Source: Streptosporangiaceae bacterium (lineage in GTDB: Bacteria; Actinomycetota; Actinomycetes; Streptosporangiales; Streptosporangiaceae). Taken from it: a DNA stretch of 64,000 nucleotides. The stretch is taken from positions 9,398-73,397 of the forward strand of contig DASQRM010000190.1 in the NCBI GenBank assembly GCA_035642895.1, read 5' to 3'. Shown one piece after another: positions 8,921 through 17,475 of this stretch (position 1 is the stretch's first letter; every line of letters starts with the position of its first letter). The translations under genes were made by a program, and so were the position numbers. The notes under the pieces were generated by a model. It made no database searches. It was given only the letters and a program-made list of their open reading frames with translations, and was not told the origin of the DNA.

Positions 8921-9661
8921 GTGCCGCGCACCCTCGCCACCGAATTCCGCAAGCTCGCTACCGTCCGCAGCCCGTGGCTGCTGCTCGCGCTGGGACCGCT
9001 GATCGTCGTGGCCGGGATCACCGGGCTGGTTGCCTCGGGCGGCAACGTGCACGATCCGGCCCTGCAGGACAAGGCCTTCGGGCACGTGGGGCTGGCCGCG
9101 ATCTTCACCCTCGTGTTCGGCATCCTGGCGGTGGCCGGCGAGTACTCCCGCGGCACCATCACCGACACCTTCCTCAGCTTTCCGCGACGCCGCCGGGTGA
9201 TCACCGCCAAGCTGGCGGCCTACGGCGCGGTCGGGGCGGCCGCCGGGCTGGCCTCGGCCGCGGCCGCCCTGCTGGTCACCGCGGCCTGGTGGTCCGCCAA
9301 GGGCGGCACGTTTCACTGGTCGGCCGCGGGCACCTGGGAAATCCTGGGTGGCGGGGTGGCCGCCAACGCCGCCTTCGCCGCGATCGGGGTCGGCGTCGGC
9401 GCGCTGGTCCGCAACCTGGTGGCCGCCGTGGCCGCCGCCCTGGCCTGGATCGCCGTGGTGGAGGGCATCGCGGGCCAGCTCATCGGGTCGGGACCAGCCC
9501 GCTGGCTGCCGGTGCACGCGAGCGAATCCCTGGACCGGGCCAGCCTGATCCCCGGCGGCGGGTTGCTACCCCAGTGGGGCGGCGGGCTGGTGCTGCTCGG
9601 CTACGCGCTGGCGTTCGCGGCGGCCGCGGTGCTCATTACACTCAAGCGCGATGTCACCTAG
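8921..9661 (+). CDS. ABC-2 type transporter permease
   Basis: ORF 8921-9661. Multi-TM hydrophobic protein directly after the ATPase gene. Confidence 0.85.
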   Translation: MPRTLATEFRKLATVRSPWLLLALGPLIVVAGITGLVASGGNVHDPALQDKAFGHVGLAAIFTLVFGILAVAGEYSRGTITDTFLSFPRRRRVITAKLAAYGAVGAAAGLASAAAALLVTAAWWSAKGGTFHWSAAGTWEILGGGVAANAAFAAIGVGVGALVRNLVAAVAAALAWIAVVEGIAGQLIGSGPARWLPVHASESLDRASLIPGGGLLPQWGGGLVLLGYALAFAAAAVLITLKRDVT

Positions 9662-10400
9662 GAAACCTGCCGTGCTCCGGGACCGCGACGGAGAGAACCT
9701 TCGCGAGCACCTGATCAGGACGGCCGCGCGACTGCTCGACGAGCGCGGCAGCGCCGGCCTGGCCGTGCGCGACATCGCCCGGGAAGCCCAGGTGGCGGAC
9801 GGGGCGCTCTACAACTACTTCGAGGACAAGGAAGACCTGCTCGCTCAGGCCCTGCTGGCGCATGTCGCCACGGTAATGAGCGAGGTCCCGCGGATGCCCG
9901 GGGCCGGCACCGGCACCGTGGCGGAGAACCTTGCCGTCTTCATCGACCGGGGCATGGAGTCGCTCTACCGGGTGGTGCCGGCGTTCGCCGGGCTGATGTC
10001 CCAGCCCGGTGTGCTGCGCCGTTTCCACGAGATGGTCGGCGGCGACCAGGCCTTCGCGGCGCCCGCGGGGGGAGCGGAGCACGAGGGTGCGGAGCACGAG
10101 GCTGAGAAGCCGGCCGGTGAGGAGCCCCGGGCGCAGGAGCAGGGCGCGGCGGACCCCCACGAACCGCGCAGCCTGCCGGACATCCTGCTCCACTACCTGG
10201 AGGGCGAACGTCACCTCGGCCGGATCGACGCCGGCGCCGACCTCGACGCGGCTACCTCGCTGATCGTGGGCGCCGTTCACGGCCAGGTGTTGCCCCGGGT
10301 CCTGTTCGCCCCGCCGGGCACCCGGCCCGCCACCCCGCCCGGCCTGGCGGCGCAGCTGGCCAGAACGGCTCTGCGCGGCCTGGAGCCCCGGACACCCTGA
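9651..10400 (+). CDS. TetR family transcriptional regulator
   Basis: ORF 9651-10400. HTH LAVRDIAREAQVADGALYNYFEDKEDLL. Overlaps the permease stop by 11 nt. Confidence 0.88.
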   Translation: MSPRKPAVLRDRDGENLREHLIRTAARLLDERGSAGLAVRDIAREAQVADGALYNYFEDKEDLLAQALLAHVATVMSEVPRMPGAGTGTVAENLAVFIDRGMESLYRVVPAFAGLMSQPGVLRRFHEMVGGDQAFAAPAGGAEHEGAEHEAEKPAGEEPRAQEQGAADPHEPRSLPDILLHYLEGERHLGRIDAGADLDAATSLIVGAVHGQVLPRVLFAPPGTRPATPPGLAAQLARTALRGLEPRTP

Positions 10401-10409
10401 CCGGGCGGC

Positions 10410-11219
10410 CTACTTGAACGCGACCGCCTTGAAGAACGTGTAGCAGAACGTGCCGTCCGGGCTGGCCGCGCGGCGCAGGTCGCTGACCCCGGCCGCCCAG
10501 TCCCCTGCGGCCATAAGTCCCTGGCCGACCGCCTGGCCGCCGACGCCCTCGACCATGGCGGTGAACGTCTTGCGGGTGAAGCCCTCGGCCAGGGCGGGCC
10601 GGGCGCCGTCCACGTAGACCATCCGCGGCGACACCCCGACCTCGCGGAAGCCCGCCTGGACCAGCAACGGATACAGCCGGCGCCCGATCAGCGCGTCGCC
10701 GCCGGCCTGCCGCTGCAGGTCGATCAGGCACTGGATGGCCCGCCGGGCCTGGTCACTGTCGGGATGGAAGTAAGCCGAGCCGTGATCTCCCTCGATGACG
10801 CTGAGCGTGCCGCCGGGGCGCAGCACCCGCCCCAGCTCCGCCAGGGCGGACACCGGGTCACGCAGGTGCTCCAGCACGAAGCACACGAAGACATGATCGA
10901 AACTGCCCGGTCCGTAGGGCAGCCGGTAGAGGTCAGCCTGCTGGAAGGTCACCTGCGGGTAGCCCGCCCGCCGGGCGCGGTCCCGCGCCTGCGCGAGGGA
11001 GGCGGCCGAGATGTCGATCGAGGTGAACGAGGCCTGCGGGCTGTGAGCGGCCAGGATGACCGTCTGCGCGCCCACCCCGCAGCCGGCTTCCAGCACCCGG
11101 CTGCCGGCCGGGTAGCGGGTATCGGCGTGCAGCAGCCCGGTCAGCGTGGTGGCCTGGTCATGCAGCCGGACTTCCTCGCCGGCCGAGTACCCGTGGACGT
11201 AGTCGATCCCCATGCGCAT
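10410..11219 (-). CDS. class I SAM-dependent methyltransferase
   Basis: ORF 10410-11219. Motif I VLEAGCGVGAQT, and FDHVFVCFVLEHL. Confidence 0.9.
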   Translation of the reverse strand: MRMGIDYVHGYSAGEEVRLHDQATTLTGLLHADTRYPAGSRVLEAGCGVGAQTVILAAHSPQASFTSIDISAASLAQARDRARRAGYPQVTFQQADLYRLPYGPGSFDHVFVCFVLEHLRDPVSALAELGRVLRPGGTLSVIEGDHGSAYFHPDSDQARRAIQCLIDLQRQAGGDALIGRRLYPLLVQAGFREVGVSPRMVYVDGARPALAEGFTRKTFTAMVEGVGGQAVGQGLMAAGDWAAGVSDLRRAASPDGTFCYTFFKAVAFK

Positions 11220-11233
11220 CTCCCCGGCGCGAT

Positions 11234-11269
11234 CTTACGCGCCCGGGCCCGCGGGCCCGGGCGCGTAAG
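11234..11269 (-). terminator. GC-rich perfect palindrome (36 bp) downstream of the LysM hydrolase gene
   Basis: CTTACGCGCCCGGGCCCG/CGGGCCCGGGCGCGTAAG, located 20 nt after the stop at 11289. There is no U-tract. Confidence 0.5.
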
Positions 11270-11288
11270 GATCCCCGCCGCGTCTAGC

Positions 11289-12329
11289 TCAGATCCCGCA
11301 CGCCGACGCGACGGCGTCGGTGGCCGCCTCGCGATTGCCGACCGCGGGGATGCCCGCCCGCTCGAAGTCGGTGACGTAGATCGCGGCCGCCGCGGCCGGG
11401 GAGGACGCGGCGTTCAGCGCGGGGATGTACTGCGACCAGATCCGGTTGAAGGTCAGGATCGCCGCCAGCTGGGTCTGCAGGTCCGCGGCGGGATTCCCGG
11501 TCACGTACCCGCCCGGCAGCGGCGTCCAGCCGATCAGGCCGCCGCCGCCGTCACCGACCGATTCGGGGTTGCCGCCGGACTCCTGCCAGATGTTCCCGGC
11601 GATGCCGGCCGCCGCGTTCCCGGTGTAGCCGTGCGAGGTCAGGAAGCTCACGATCGCGGCGTAGTTGGCCGGGACCATCCCGCTGGCCGACGCCGAACAC
11701 GACACGCCGTGACCGGCCGACGTGCTGGTGGCCGTCGTGCTGCTCGCTGAACTGCCCGACGACCCGGCCGGCGCGCTGCTGCCCGCTGAACTGCTGGCCG
11801 AACTGGCCGACGACTGGTTGTCGACCGTGCTGGTGGCCGCCAGACCCTTAGAGTGCCGGGCCTGGTAAGTCCCGTTGCGGACCGAGGCGGGCGGGTCGGC
11901 CGGGACGCTGAACACCTGCCCGGTGTAGATCAGGTTCGGGTCACTGATCTTGGCCCGGTTGATGTGATACAGCCACTGCCAGTCGCTGGCGTGACCGTAG
12001 AACTGGTGCGCGATCCCGCTCAGGGTGTCCCCGGTGCGCACCGTGTAGCTGCGTGCCGGCTGACGGCTGGGCTGCGTGGCCGCGTCCCACTGGGCCCGCG
12101 TGACCGGGTGCCGCTGGGTGGCCAGGCCGGTGTGCCCGGCCGGCGCCGCGGGCGCCGCGGTGGAGGCGAACGCGGTCTGCGGCGCCGCGGCCAGCGCGCC
12201 CAGCACCGCTACGGCCGGTGCGTCCTGGCCGGCCCGGCGGGCTACCTTCGCCGTCGGCGAGGGCGCCGTGTGCCGCCCGATCCTGCGGAACTTCCTGCTC
12301 TTGCTGTGGTGGGACTTTCCTGTGTTCAA
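11289..12329 (-). CDS. secreted LysM-domain peptidoglycan hydrolase with a phage-tail-lysozyme-like C-terminal domain
   Basis: ORF 11289-12329 with a TTG start. LysM YTVRTGDTLSGIAHQFYG...NLIYTGQVFSVP, a Ser/Thr-rich linker, then GIAGNIWQESGGNPESVGDGGGGLIGWTP. Confidence 0.85.
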   Translation of the reverse strand: MNTGKSHHSKSRKFRRIGRHTAPSPTAKVARRAGQDAPAVAVLGALAAAPQTAFASTAAPAAPAGHTGLATQRHPVTRAQWDAATQPSRQPARSYTVRTGDTLSGIAHQFYGHASDWQWLYHINRAKISDPNLIYTGQVFSVPADPPASVRNGTYQARHSKGLAATSTVDNQSSASSASSSAGSSAPAGSSGSSASSTTATSTSAGHGVSCSASASGMVPANYAAIVSFLTSHGYTGNAAAGIAGNIWQESGGNPESVGDGGGGLIGWTPLPGGYVTGNPAADLQTQLAAILTFNRIWSQYIPALNAASSPAAAAAIYVTDFERAGIPAVGNREAATDAVASACGI

Positions 12330-12482
12330 GAACCCGCCTTACGCCGATGCGCGCCCAGCTACGCGGCACCCTCCGCCTCTCACCAGGCCTGACAATTTGC
12401 TCATCGGGCAGCATGGCAGCACAGCAGGCTCATCGTGTATCAATTCGGACAAAAAGTAGATATGAGCTACGACACCGCAGTT

Positions 12483-13034
12483 TCAGGGACGATCGGGTAG
12501 CAATCTCCCAGCCCGGTTCAGCGTCTCCCTCAGGTTGGTCTCGGTGGTGAGCTCCAGCGCCTCGGGGAGGGTCAGCCAGCGCAGCGGCGCGTCCGGCCGC
12601 TCCGCCACGATCGCGTCCGGGGTCCGGGTGGCCAGGAAGAAGCGCACGTCGGCGTGCTCGTGCGCCGGGTCATCTCCGGCCGCGGGCACGGCGACGATGA
12701 CCACGTGCCGCAGTTGCGCGTCCGGCCACGGGACCAGATCGGTCAGGCCGGTCTCCTCGGCCGCCTCGCGCCGCGCGATGCCGAGCGGGTCCCGCTCGCC
12801 CGGGTCGCCGTGCCCGCCAACCTGGAGCCAGGCCTGCTGGCGCGGGTGCCAGCGCAGCAGCACCCGGCCGCTGTCCGGCGCGACGATCAGCGCCGACCCG
12901 GTGAGGTGCAGCGGCAGTGACCGCGGGTACGGGTCCGGCGAGCGCTCGAGGAGCGCGCGCACCCGCGCGAGGTCCGCGGCCTCGGCCGCGCCGTCCGGCT
13001 GGTAGGTCTGGAGCAGGTCCTGGATCGACGTCAC
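12483..13034 (-). CDS. NUDIX hydrolase
   Basis: ORF 12483-13034. Nudix box GGHGDPGERDPLGIARREAAEETGL. Confidence 0.9.
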   Translation of the reverse strand: MTSIQDLLQTYQPDGAAEAADLARVRALLERSPDPYPRSLPLHLTGSALIVAPDSGRVLLRWHPRQQAWLQVGGHGDPGERDPLGIARREAAEETGLTDLVPWPDAQLRHVVIVAVPAAGDDPAHEHADVRFFLATRTPDAIVAERPDAPLRWLTLPEALELTTETNLRETLNRAGRLLPDRP

Positions 13035-13058
13035 CGGCGCAACCTACCCCAGGACCGG

Positions 13059-13095
13059 CTGACCCCACCCCGGTTGGCGCCCGGGGTGGGGTCAG
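13059..13095 (-). terminator. 15-bp-stem hairpin after the small membrane-protein gene
   Basis: CTGACCCCACCCCGG-TTGGCGC-CCGGGGTGGGGTCAG. It lies between the stop at 13135 and the next minus-strand start at 13034. Confidence 0.55.
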
Positions 13096-13134
13096 ACGGT
13101 CAGGACACCTGGACCGGTTTCCCGGCCCCGGTGC

Positions 13135-13335
13135 TCACGACACCGATACCGGCACCCCCGCCTCCGCCTCGGCCTGCTCCGGTGCGACCGGAGGCTGGCG
13201 CAGGCTCGCGACCGTGACCGGCGCCACGGCCACCACCGTCGCGGCGATGGCGCCCTGGCCATCGATCCGGCCGAGGAAGAGCAGGCCGTTGACGAACAGC
13301 ACCGCCCCCACGAACATCAGTCCTACAGCGGACAT
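13135..13335 (-). CDS. small membrane protein; the N-terminus resembles the AmiS/UreI channel family (possible truncated remnant)
   Basis: ORF 13135-13335 (66 aa). MSAVGLMFVGAVLFVNGLLFLGRI resembles the AmiS/UreI N-terminus as I remember it. Family members are about 3x longer. Confidence 0.4.
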   Translation of the reverse strand: MSAVGLMFVGAVLFVNGLLFLGRIDGQGAIAATVVAVAPVTVASLRQPPVAPEQAEAEAGVPVSVS

Positions 13336-13360
13336 GTCCAGCTCCTAGGTGTGCGGATGG

Positions 13361-14599
13361 CTAGTTGTACGAATCGACGGGCGGCAGGGTGCCGTTGAGC
13401 AGGTAGTCGCCTGCGTGCAGGAGCTTGAAGTCGAGCGGGTTGTGCAGCGACAGCGTGCGGGCGTTGCGCCAGTGCCGGTCGAAGCCGTACTTCTCCAGGA
13501 CGCTGCCCGCGCCGCACACCTTGAACAGGTACGACCCATTGAACAGGGCGGCTTCGGCGGCGGAGTGCCGCGCCTGGCCGGTCACCAGGGACGCCTCACC
13601 GCGGATGCGGGCGTCACCGAGATGCGCGACGGCCTCGTCGCACAGGTCGGCGGCGCGCAGCGACAGCAGTTCGGCGGCGTCCACGGCGGTCTTCATCTCC
13701 CCGACCCGCAGCTGGGTGTAGAGGTCGTCCACGGCGCGCTCGGAGGCGCTCTCGTACCAGACCCGCGCCTTCGTGCGGACGAACTCGACCGCGTCGTCGA
13801 GTGCGTTCTTGGCGATGCCCACGAACACGCCGGTGTGCACCGCCTGGTAGTTCAGGGAGGTGATGTCCCCGCCTCCGCCGCCCTCGGTGTCCGGGCTGCC
13901 GAGGATCAGCTCGTCGGGGATCCACACGTTGCGGAACTCGGTCGTGCCGCTGGCCGTGGTCCGCTGGCCGAACCCGGTCCAGTCGTCGTGGATCGTCACG
14001 CCTTCGGCGTCGGTCGGCGTGTAGAACACCCGGACCTCGTCGGTGCCCTCGATGCGGCACGGGCCGAACGTGAGGTCCCCGGCCAGGCTGCCGGTGCAGT
14101 AGAACTTGCGGCCGTTGAGCCGCCAGCCCGCGCCGTCCCGGGTGATGGTGGTGTTGAAGTCGTTGACGCTCCTGGTGCCGACCTCGGAGTACGCGTTGGT
14201 GATCCACAGCTCGCCGCTCGCGAACCTCGGCAGCCACCTGGCCTGCACGTCCGGGGAGGCGAACTCCTGCAGCAACCGGATGCCGCTGGTATGCAGCTGG
14301 TACATCTGGCCGATGTTGGAGTCGCCCGCCGAGATGGCGATCACGACCCGCATGAGCTCCGCGAAGTTGCCCCCGTAGCCCCCGTATTCGCGCGGGACCA
14401 TGAGGCCGAGAAGGCCGGAGGCGCGGAACGCCGCGCAGTGCTCGTACGGGAACGCGCGGTCCCGGTCACGCTCGGCGGCGCCGGACCGGAACTCGTCGAT
14501 CAGCCCTTCCGCGACCCGGACCGGGTCGTGCAGGTCGATGCCCGGGAGCGGGGCGCTCCGGCTAGCCGTGCTCCGAGTACTGCTGTCAGTGGTCGTCAC
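13361..14599 (-). CDS. acyl-CoA-dehydrogenase-fold flavin monooxygenase (SfnB/DszC-like)
   Basis: ORF 13361-14599. RKFYCTGS, WTGFGQRTTASGT, and C-terminal RHWRNARTLSLHNP, parallel to the paralog at 15053. Confidence 0.88.
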   Translation of the reverse strand: MTTTDSSTRSTASRSAPLPGIDLHDPVRVAEGLIDEFRSGAAERDRDRAFPYEHCAAFRASGLLGLMVPREYGGYGGNFAELMRVVIAISAGDSNIGQMYQLHTSGIRLLQEFASPDVQARWLPRFASGELWITNAYSEVGTRSVNDFNTTITRDGAGWRLNGRKFYCTGSLAGDLTFGPCRIEGTDEVRVFYTPTDAEGVTIHDDWTGFGQRTTASGTTEFRNVWIPDELILGSPDTEGGGGGDITSLNYQAVHTGVFVGIAKNALDDAVEFVRTKARVWYESASERAVDDLYTQLRVGEMKTAVDAAELLSLRAADLCDEAVAHLGDARIRGEASLVTGQARHSAAEAALFNGSYLFKVCGAGSVLEKYGFDRHWRNARTLSLHNPLDFKLLHAGDYLLNGTLPPVDSYN

Positions 14600-14692
14600 A
14601 ATAACGTCCTTTCTGGTGACACAAGGTGAGTTGGCGAGGTCATGGCGGGCCCGCCGGGTAGGCCGGTTCAGGGTCCCGGGGACGGGTTGCCG

Positions 14693-15050
14693 CTATCCGA
14701 GCGACGCGTAGCTGCCGCGCCAGAACACGAGCGGGGCCGCGTCGCTGCCGCTGGTCTCCACCTCCCGGACCCGGCCCACGACGATCTCGTGGTCACCTCC
14801 CTCGAGGCGGTGTTCCACCGTGGCTTCCAGGCTGGCGATCACGTCCTCCAGCCGGGGGCTGCCGGTCTGGCCCCGGCGGTGCCGGACCCCGTCCCAGGCC
14901 GCGGACAGGCCCCGGCGGGCGAAGTTGGCCGACAGGATCGATCCCGACCGAGGTGACCACGGTGACGCCGGTGGCGAAGTGGCCGATCGCGTGGCGGAAG
15001 TCCGCGGCCGACACGTCACCGTGGGCCACCCGCGGGTCAGTGGTCGTCAT
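14693..15050 (-). pseudogene. flavin reductase (HpaC-like NAD(P)H:flavin oxidoreductase) with internal deletion and frameshift
   Basis: Frame 1 from ATG 15050 reads MTTTDPRVAHGDVSAADFRHAIGHFATGVTVVTS. A second frame resumes around 14936-14951 as SILSANFARRGLSAAWDGV...LEGGDHEIVVGRVREVE...LVFWRGSYASLG. The usual ~50-residue segment between these two blocks is missing. Confidence 0.65.
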
Positions 15051-15052
15051 GA

Positions 15053-16222
15053 TCAGAGCTGCCCGTGGTTCGGCGGCAGGACGTGGTTGAGCCGGAAGTT
15101 GCCGACATGGTGATACTTCCAATCGACGGGATCGTGACTGGCGTGCGTGCGGGCGTTCCGCCAGTGCCGGGACAGGTCAAGCCGCTCGTCGGCCGCACTG
15201 GCCCCGGCCAGCGCGAACAGGTCACTGGCCACCTCGACCGCGACATCGCTGGCGAAGGCCTTGGCCTCCGCGACCGCGATCGAGCCGCGAGCCGCCTCCC
15301 GGGCATCGCGGGGCACGCGGCCCACCTCCTCGAGCGTGGCCGCGGCGGAGGCGAGCAGCGCCTCGGCCGCGCGTACCTGGGTGGCGAGCCGGCCGAAACG
15401 GTGGAGGGTGTGCGGGTCGGCCGCGGCCACCTCGGCCCAGCCGGCCCGGGTGGCCTCGAAGAACGGCCGGGCCCGGGTCGCGACGAACTCGCCGGCGTCA
15501 CGCAGCGCGCCGCCCGCGATCCCCACCTGGATCGCGGCGTGCACCAGCTGGGACCGCGCGCCGAGCTGCTGCGGCACCTCGAACGCGTCGCCGTAGGGGA
15601 TGACCAGGCCGGGGTCCACCGGTACCTGGTCGAAGACCGCGGAGCCGCTGACCGTGGCGCGCTGCCCCATCACGTCCCAGTCCTCGCCGATCTGGACGCC
15701 CGGGGCATCCCGCTCGACGAAGGCCAGGACCAGGCGGTCGTCGTCGTCCAGCGCGCTGACCCCGATCCAGCGGGCCGAGATCGCGCCGGTGCAGTAGTAC
15801 TTGCGCCCCGTCAGCCGCAGACCATCCCGCCCCCGGCCGCCCGGCCCGGCCAGCAACCGGGTCTTCAGGTCCTGGGCGTGCTGGCCGCCCCGCTCGGCCA
15901 GGCCGTTACCCAGCCGCGCGCCGGCCAGCACGTCCTCGAACAGCCGCTCCTGCTGGGCCGCGCTCCCGCGGGTGGCGAGCACGTCCACGAACAGGAAGTG
16001 GGCCTGCGGGATCTGGGCGATCGCCGGGTCGGTGGCCGCGATGATCCGGATCACCTCGGCCAGCACCACCGGGGACAGGTCGGGGCCGAAGTGGGCGCCC
16101 GGGACCGTGATACCCAGCAGCCCGCTCGCGTCCAGGGCGGTCAGCTCGGCGTACGGCACCGCGCCCGCCCGGTCCCGCTCGATCACGCCGCTGGCGATCG
16201 ACCCGGCGTAGGACCGGGCCAC
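15053..16222 (-). CDS. SfnB family sulfur-acquisition oxidoreductase (acyl-CoA-dehydrogenase fold)
   Basis: ORF 15053-16222 (GTG start). LTGRKYYCTGA, WDVMGQRATVSGS, RHWRNARTHASHDP. An ATG at 16286 overlaps the upstream stop but is in another frame (see finding). Confidence 0.85.
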   Translation of the reverse strand: MARSYAGSIASGVIERDRAGAVPYAELTALDASGLLGITVPGAHFGPDLSPVVLAEVIRIIAATDPAIAQIPQAHFLFVDVLATRGSAAQQERLFEDVLAGARLGNGLAERGGQHAQDLKTRLLAGPGGRGRDGLRLTGRKYYCTGAISARWIGVSALDDDDRLVLAFVERDAPGVQIGEDWDVMGQRATVSGSAVFDQVPVDPGLVIPYGDAFEVPQQLGARSQLVHAAIQVGIAGGALRDAGEFVATRARPFFEATRAGWAEVAAADPHTLHRFGRLATQVRAAEALLASAAATLEEVGRVPRDAREAARGSIAVAEAKAFASDVAVEVASDLFALAGASAADERLDLSRHWRNARTHASHDPVDWKYHHVGNFRLNHVLPPNHGQL

Positions 16223-16282
16223 CGCGAGCGCCTCCGTTGCGGGAGAAGAGAACCTCAGCCGGCGCGGCGGGAGAGGTGACGC

Positions 16283-17458
16283 TCATCGCGCGCCCACGAG
16301 GACCGGGCCAGCCGCCGTCAGGCCGGCGGCGGGGTCGGGCACCGCGGCCGGGTCCAGGCCGGCTTCCACCTCGAGCGCGCGGACGATCGGGAGCACGTCC
16401 CCGCCGAACCGCTCGATCTCCTCGTGGTAGTGCAGGAAGCCGGTCAGGATGAGGTCCACGCCGAGTTTGCGGTAGGAGATGATCCGGGTCGCCACCTGCT
16501 CGGGGGTGCCGATCAGCTGGGTGCGGAACCCGTCGTTGTACTGCACCAGGTCCTCGAACGAGGAGTCGGCCCACATGCCCTTCTTGTCGGCGGTGGACGC
16601 CCCGGCCTGCTGGACCGCGGCCCCGAAGCCCTCGACCGCCTCCACGTGCGCCTTGGCGATGATCTCGCGCAGCTGCTCCCGCGCCTCGGCCTCGGTGTCC
16701 CGGACGATGACGAACCCGTTGAGCCCGAACCGCGGCCCGTCGGCGCGTCCCGCGGCGTCCGCGATCTGCCGCAGGTTAGCGAGCTGCTCCGCGACCCCGT
16801 CGAAGTCCTTGCCGTTCGAGAAGTACCAGTCGGACAGCTGGCCGCCGTTGCGCTGGGCCGCCGAGGAGTTGCCGCCCTGGAAGATCTCCGGGTGCGGGCG
16901 CCCCGGCCAGGACAGCGGCTTGGGCTTGAGGCTGAAGTCACGGATCCGGTAGAAGTCACCGGCCAGGTTGGCCTGGTCCTCCGTCCAGATCCGCTGGAGC
17001 GCGAGGATGAACTCGGCGGTGCGCCGGTACCGCTCGTCGTGCTCCAGCCACGGCTCGCCGAGCTGGCGGAACTCGTCCTTGAACCACCCGGACACGACGT
17101 TCACCGCGACCCGGCCGCCGGACAGGTGATCCGCGGTGGCCACCCACTTGGCCAGCACCCCGGGGTGCCACAGGCCCGGGTGGACCGCGGCGATGAGCTT
17201 GAGCCGCTCGGTGGCCATCAGCAGGGCCAGGCTGAAGCTGGTCGACTCGTGCTGGAACTCGGCGCCGTAGCTGGCGGTGTACCGGACCTGGCTCAGCGCG
17301 TAGTCGAACCCGTCCCGCTCGGCCAGCCGGGCCAGGGTGCGGTTGTAGTCGAATGACCAGTCGGTGCGCTGCTCGATGGTGCTGGTCACCAGGCCGCCGC
17401 TCACGTTGGGCACCCAGTAGGCGAAGCGGAGCGGCTCGGTGGTCGGATCGGTGGTCAT
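16283..17458 (-). CDS. sfnG: dimethyl sulfone monooxygenase SfnG-like (luciferase-like monooxygenase)
   Basis: ORF 16283-17458. N-terminal LRFAYWVPNVSGGLV and an LLM-class body, in an operon with SfnB-type genes. Confidence 0.85.
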   Translation of the reverse strand: MTTDPTTEPLRFAYWVPNVSGGLVTSTIEQRTDWSFDYNRTLARLAERDGFDYALSQVRYTASYGAEFQHESTSFSLALLMATERLKLIAAVHPGLWHPGVLAKWVATADHLSGGRVAVNVVSGWFKDEFRQLGEPWLEHDERYRRTAEFILALQRIWTEDQANLAGDFYRIRDFSLKPKPLSWPGRPHPEIFQGGNSSAAQRNGGQLSDWYFSNGKDFDGVAEQLANLRQIADAAGRADGPRFGLNGFVIVRDTEAEAREQLREIIAKAHVEAVEGFGAAVQQAGASTADKKGMWADSSFEDLVQYNDGFRTQLIGTPEQVATRIISYRKLGVDLILTGFLHYHEEIERFGGDVLPIVRALEVEAGLDPAAVPDPAAGLTAAGPVLVGAR

Positions 17459-17475
17459 GGTCAGCCTCCAGGGGA

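Noticed and set aside
12330-12482. c-di-AMP (ydaO-type) riboswitch upstream of the LysM cell-wall hydrolase
   Set aside because: This element is often found before such genes in actinomycetes, so I read the leader on the coding strand. I did not find the conserved GGGGA/GGGGUGAAUC-type blocks I remember. An Infernal scan would be needed to settle it.
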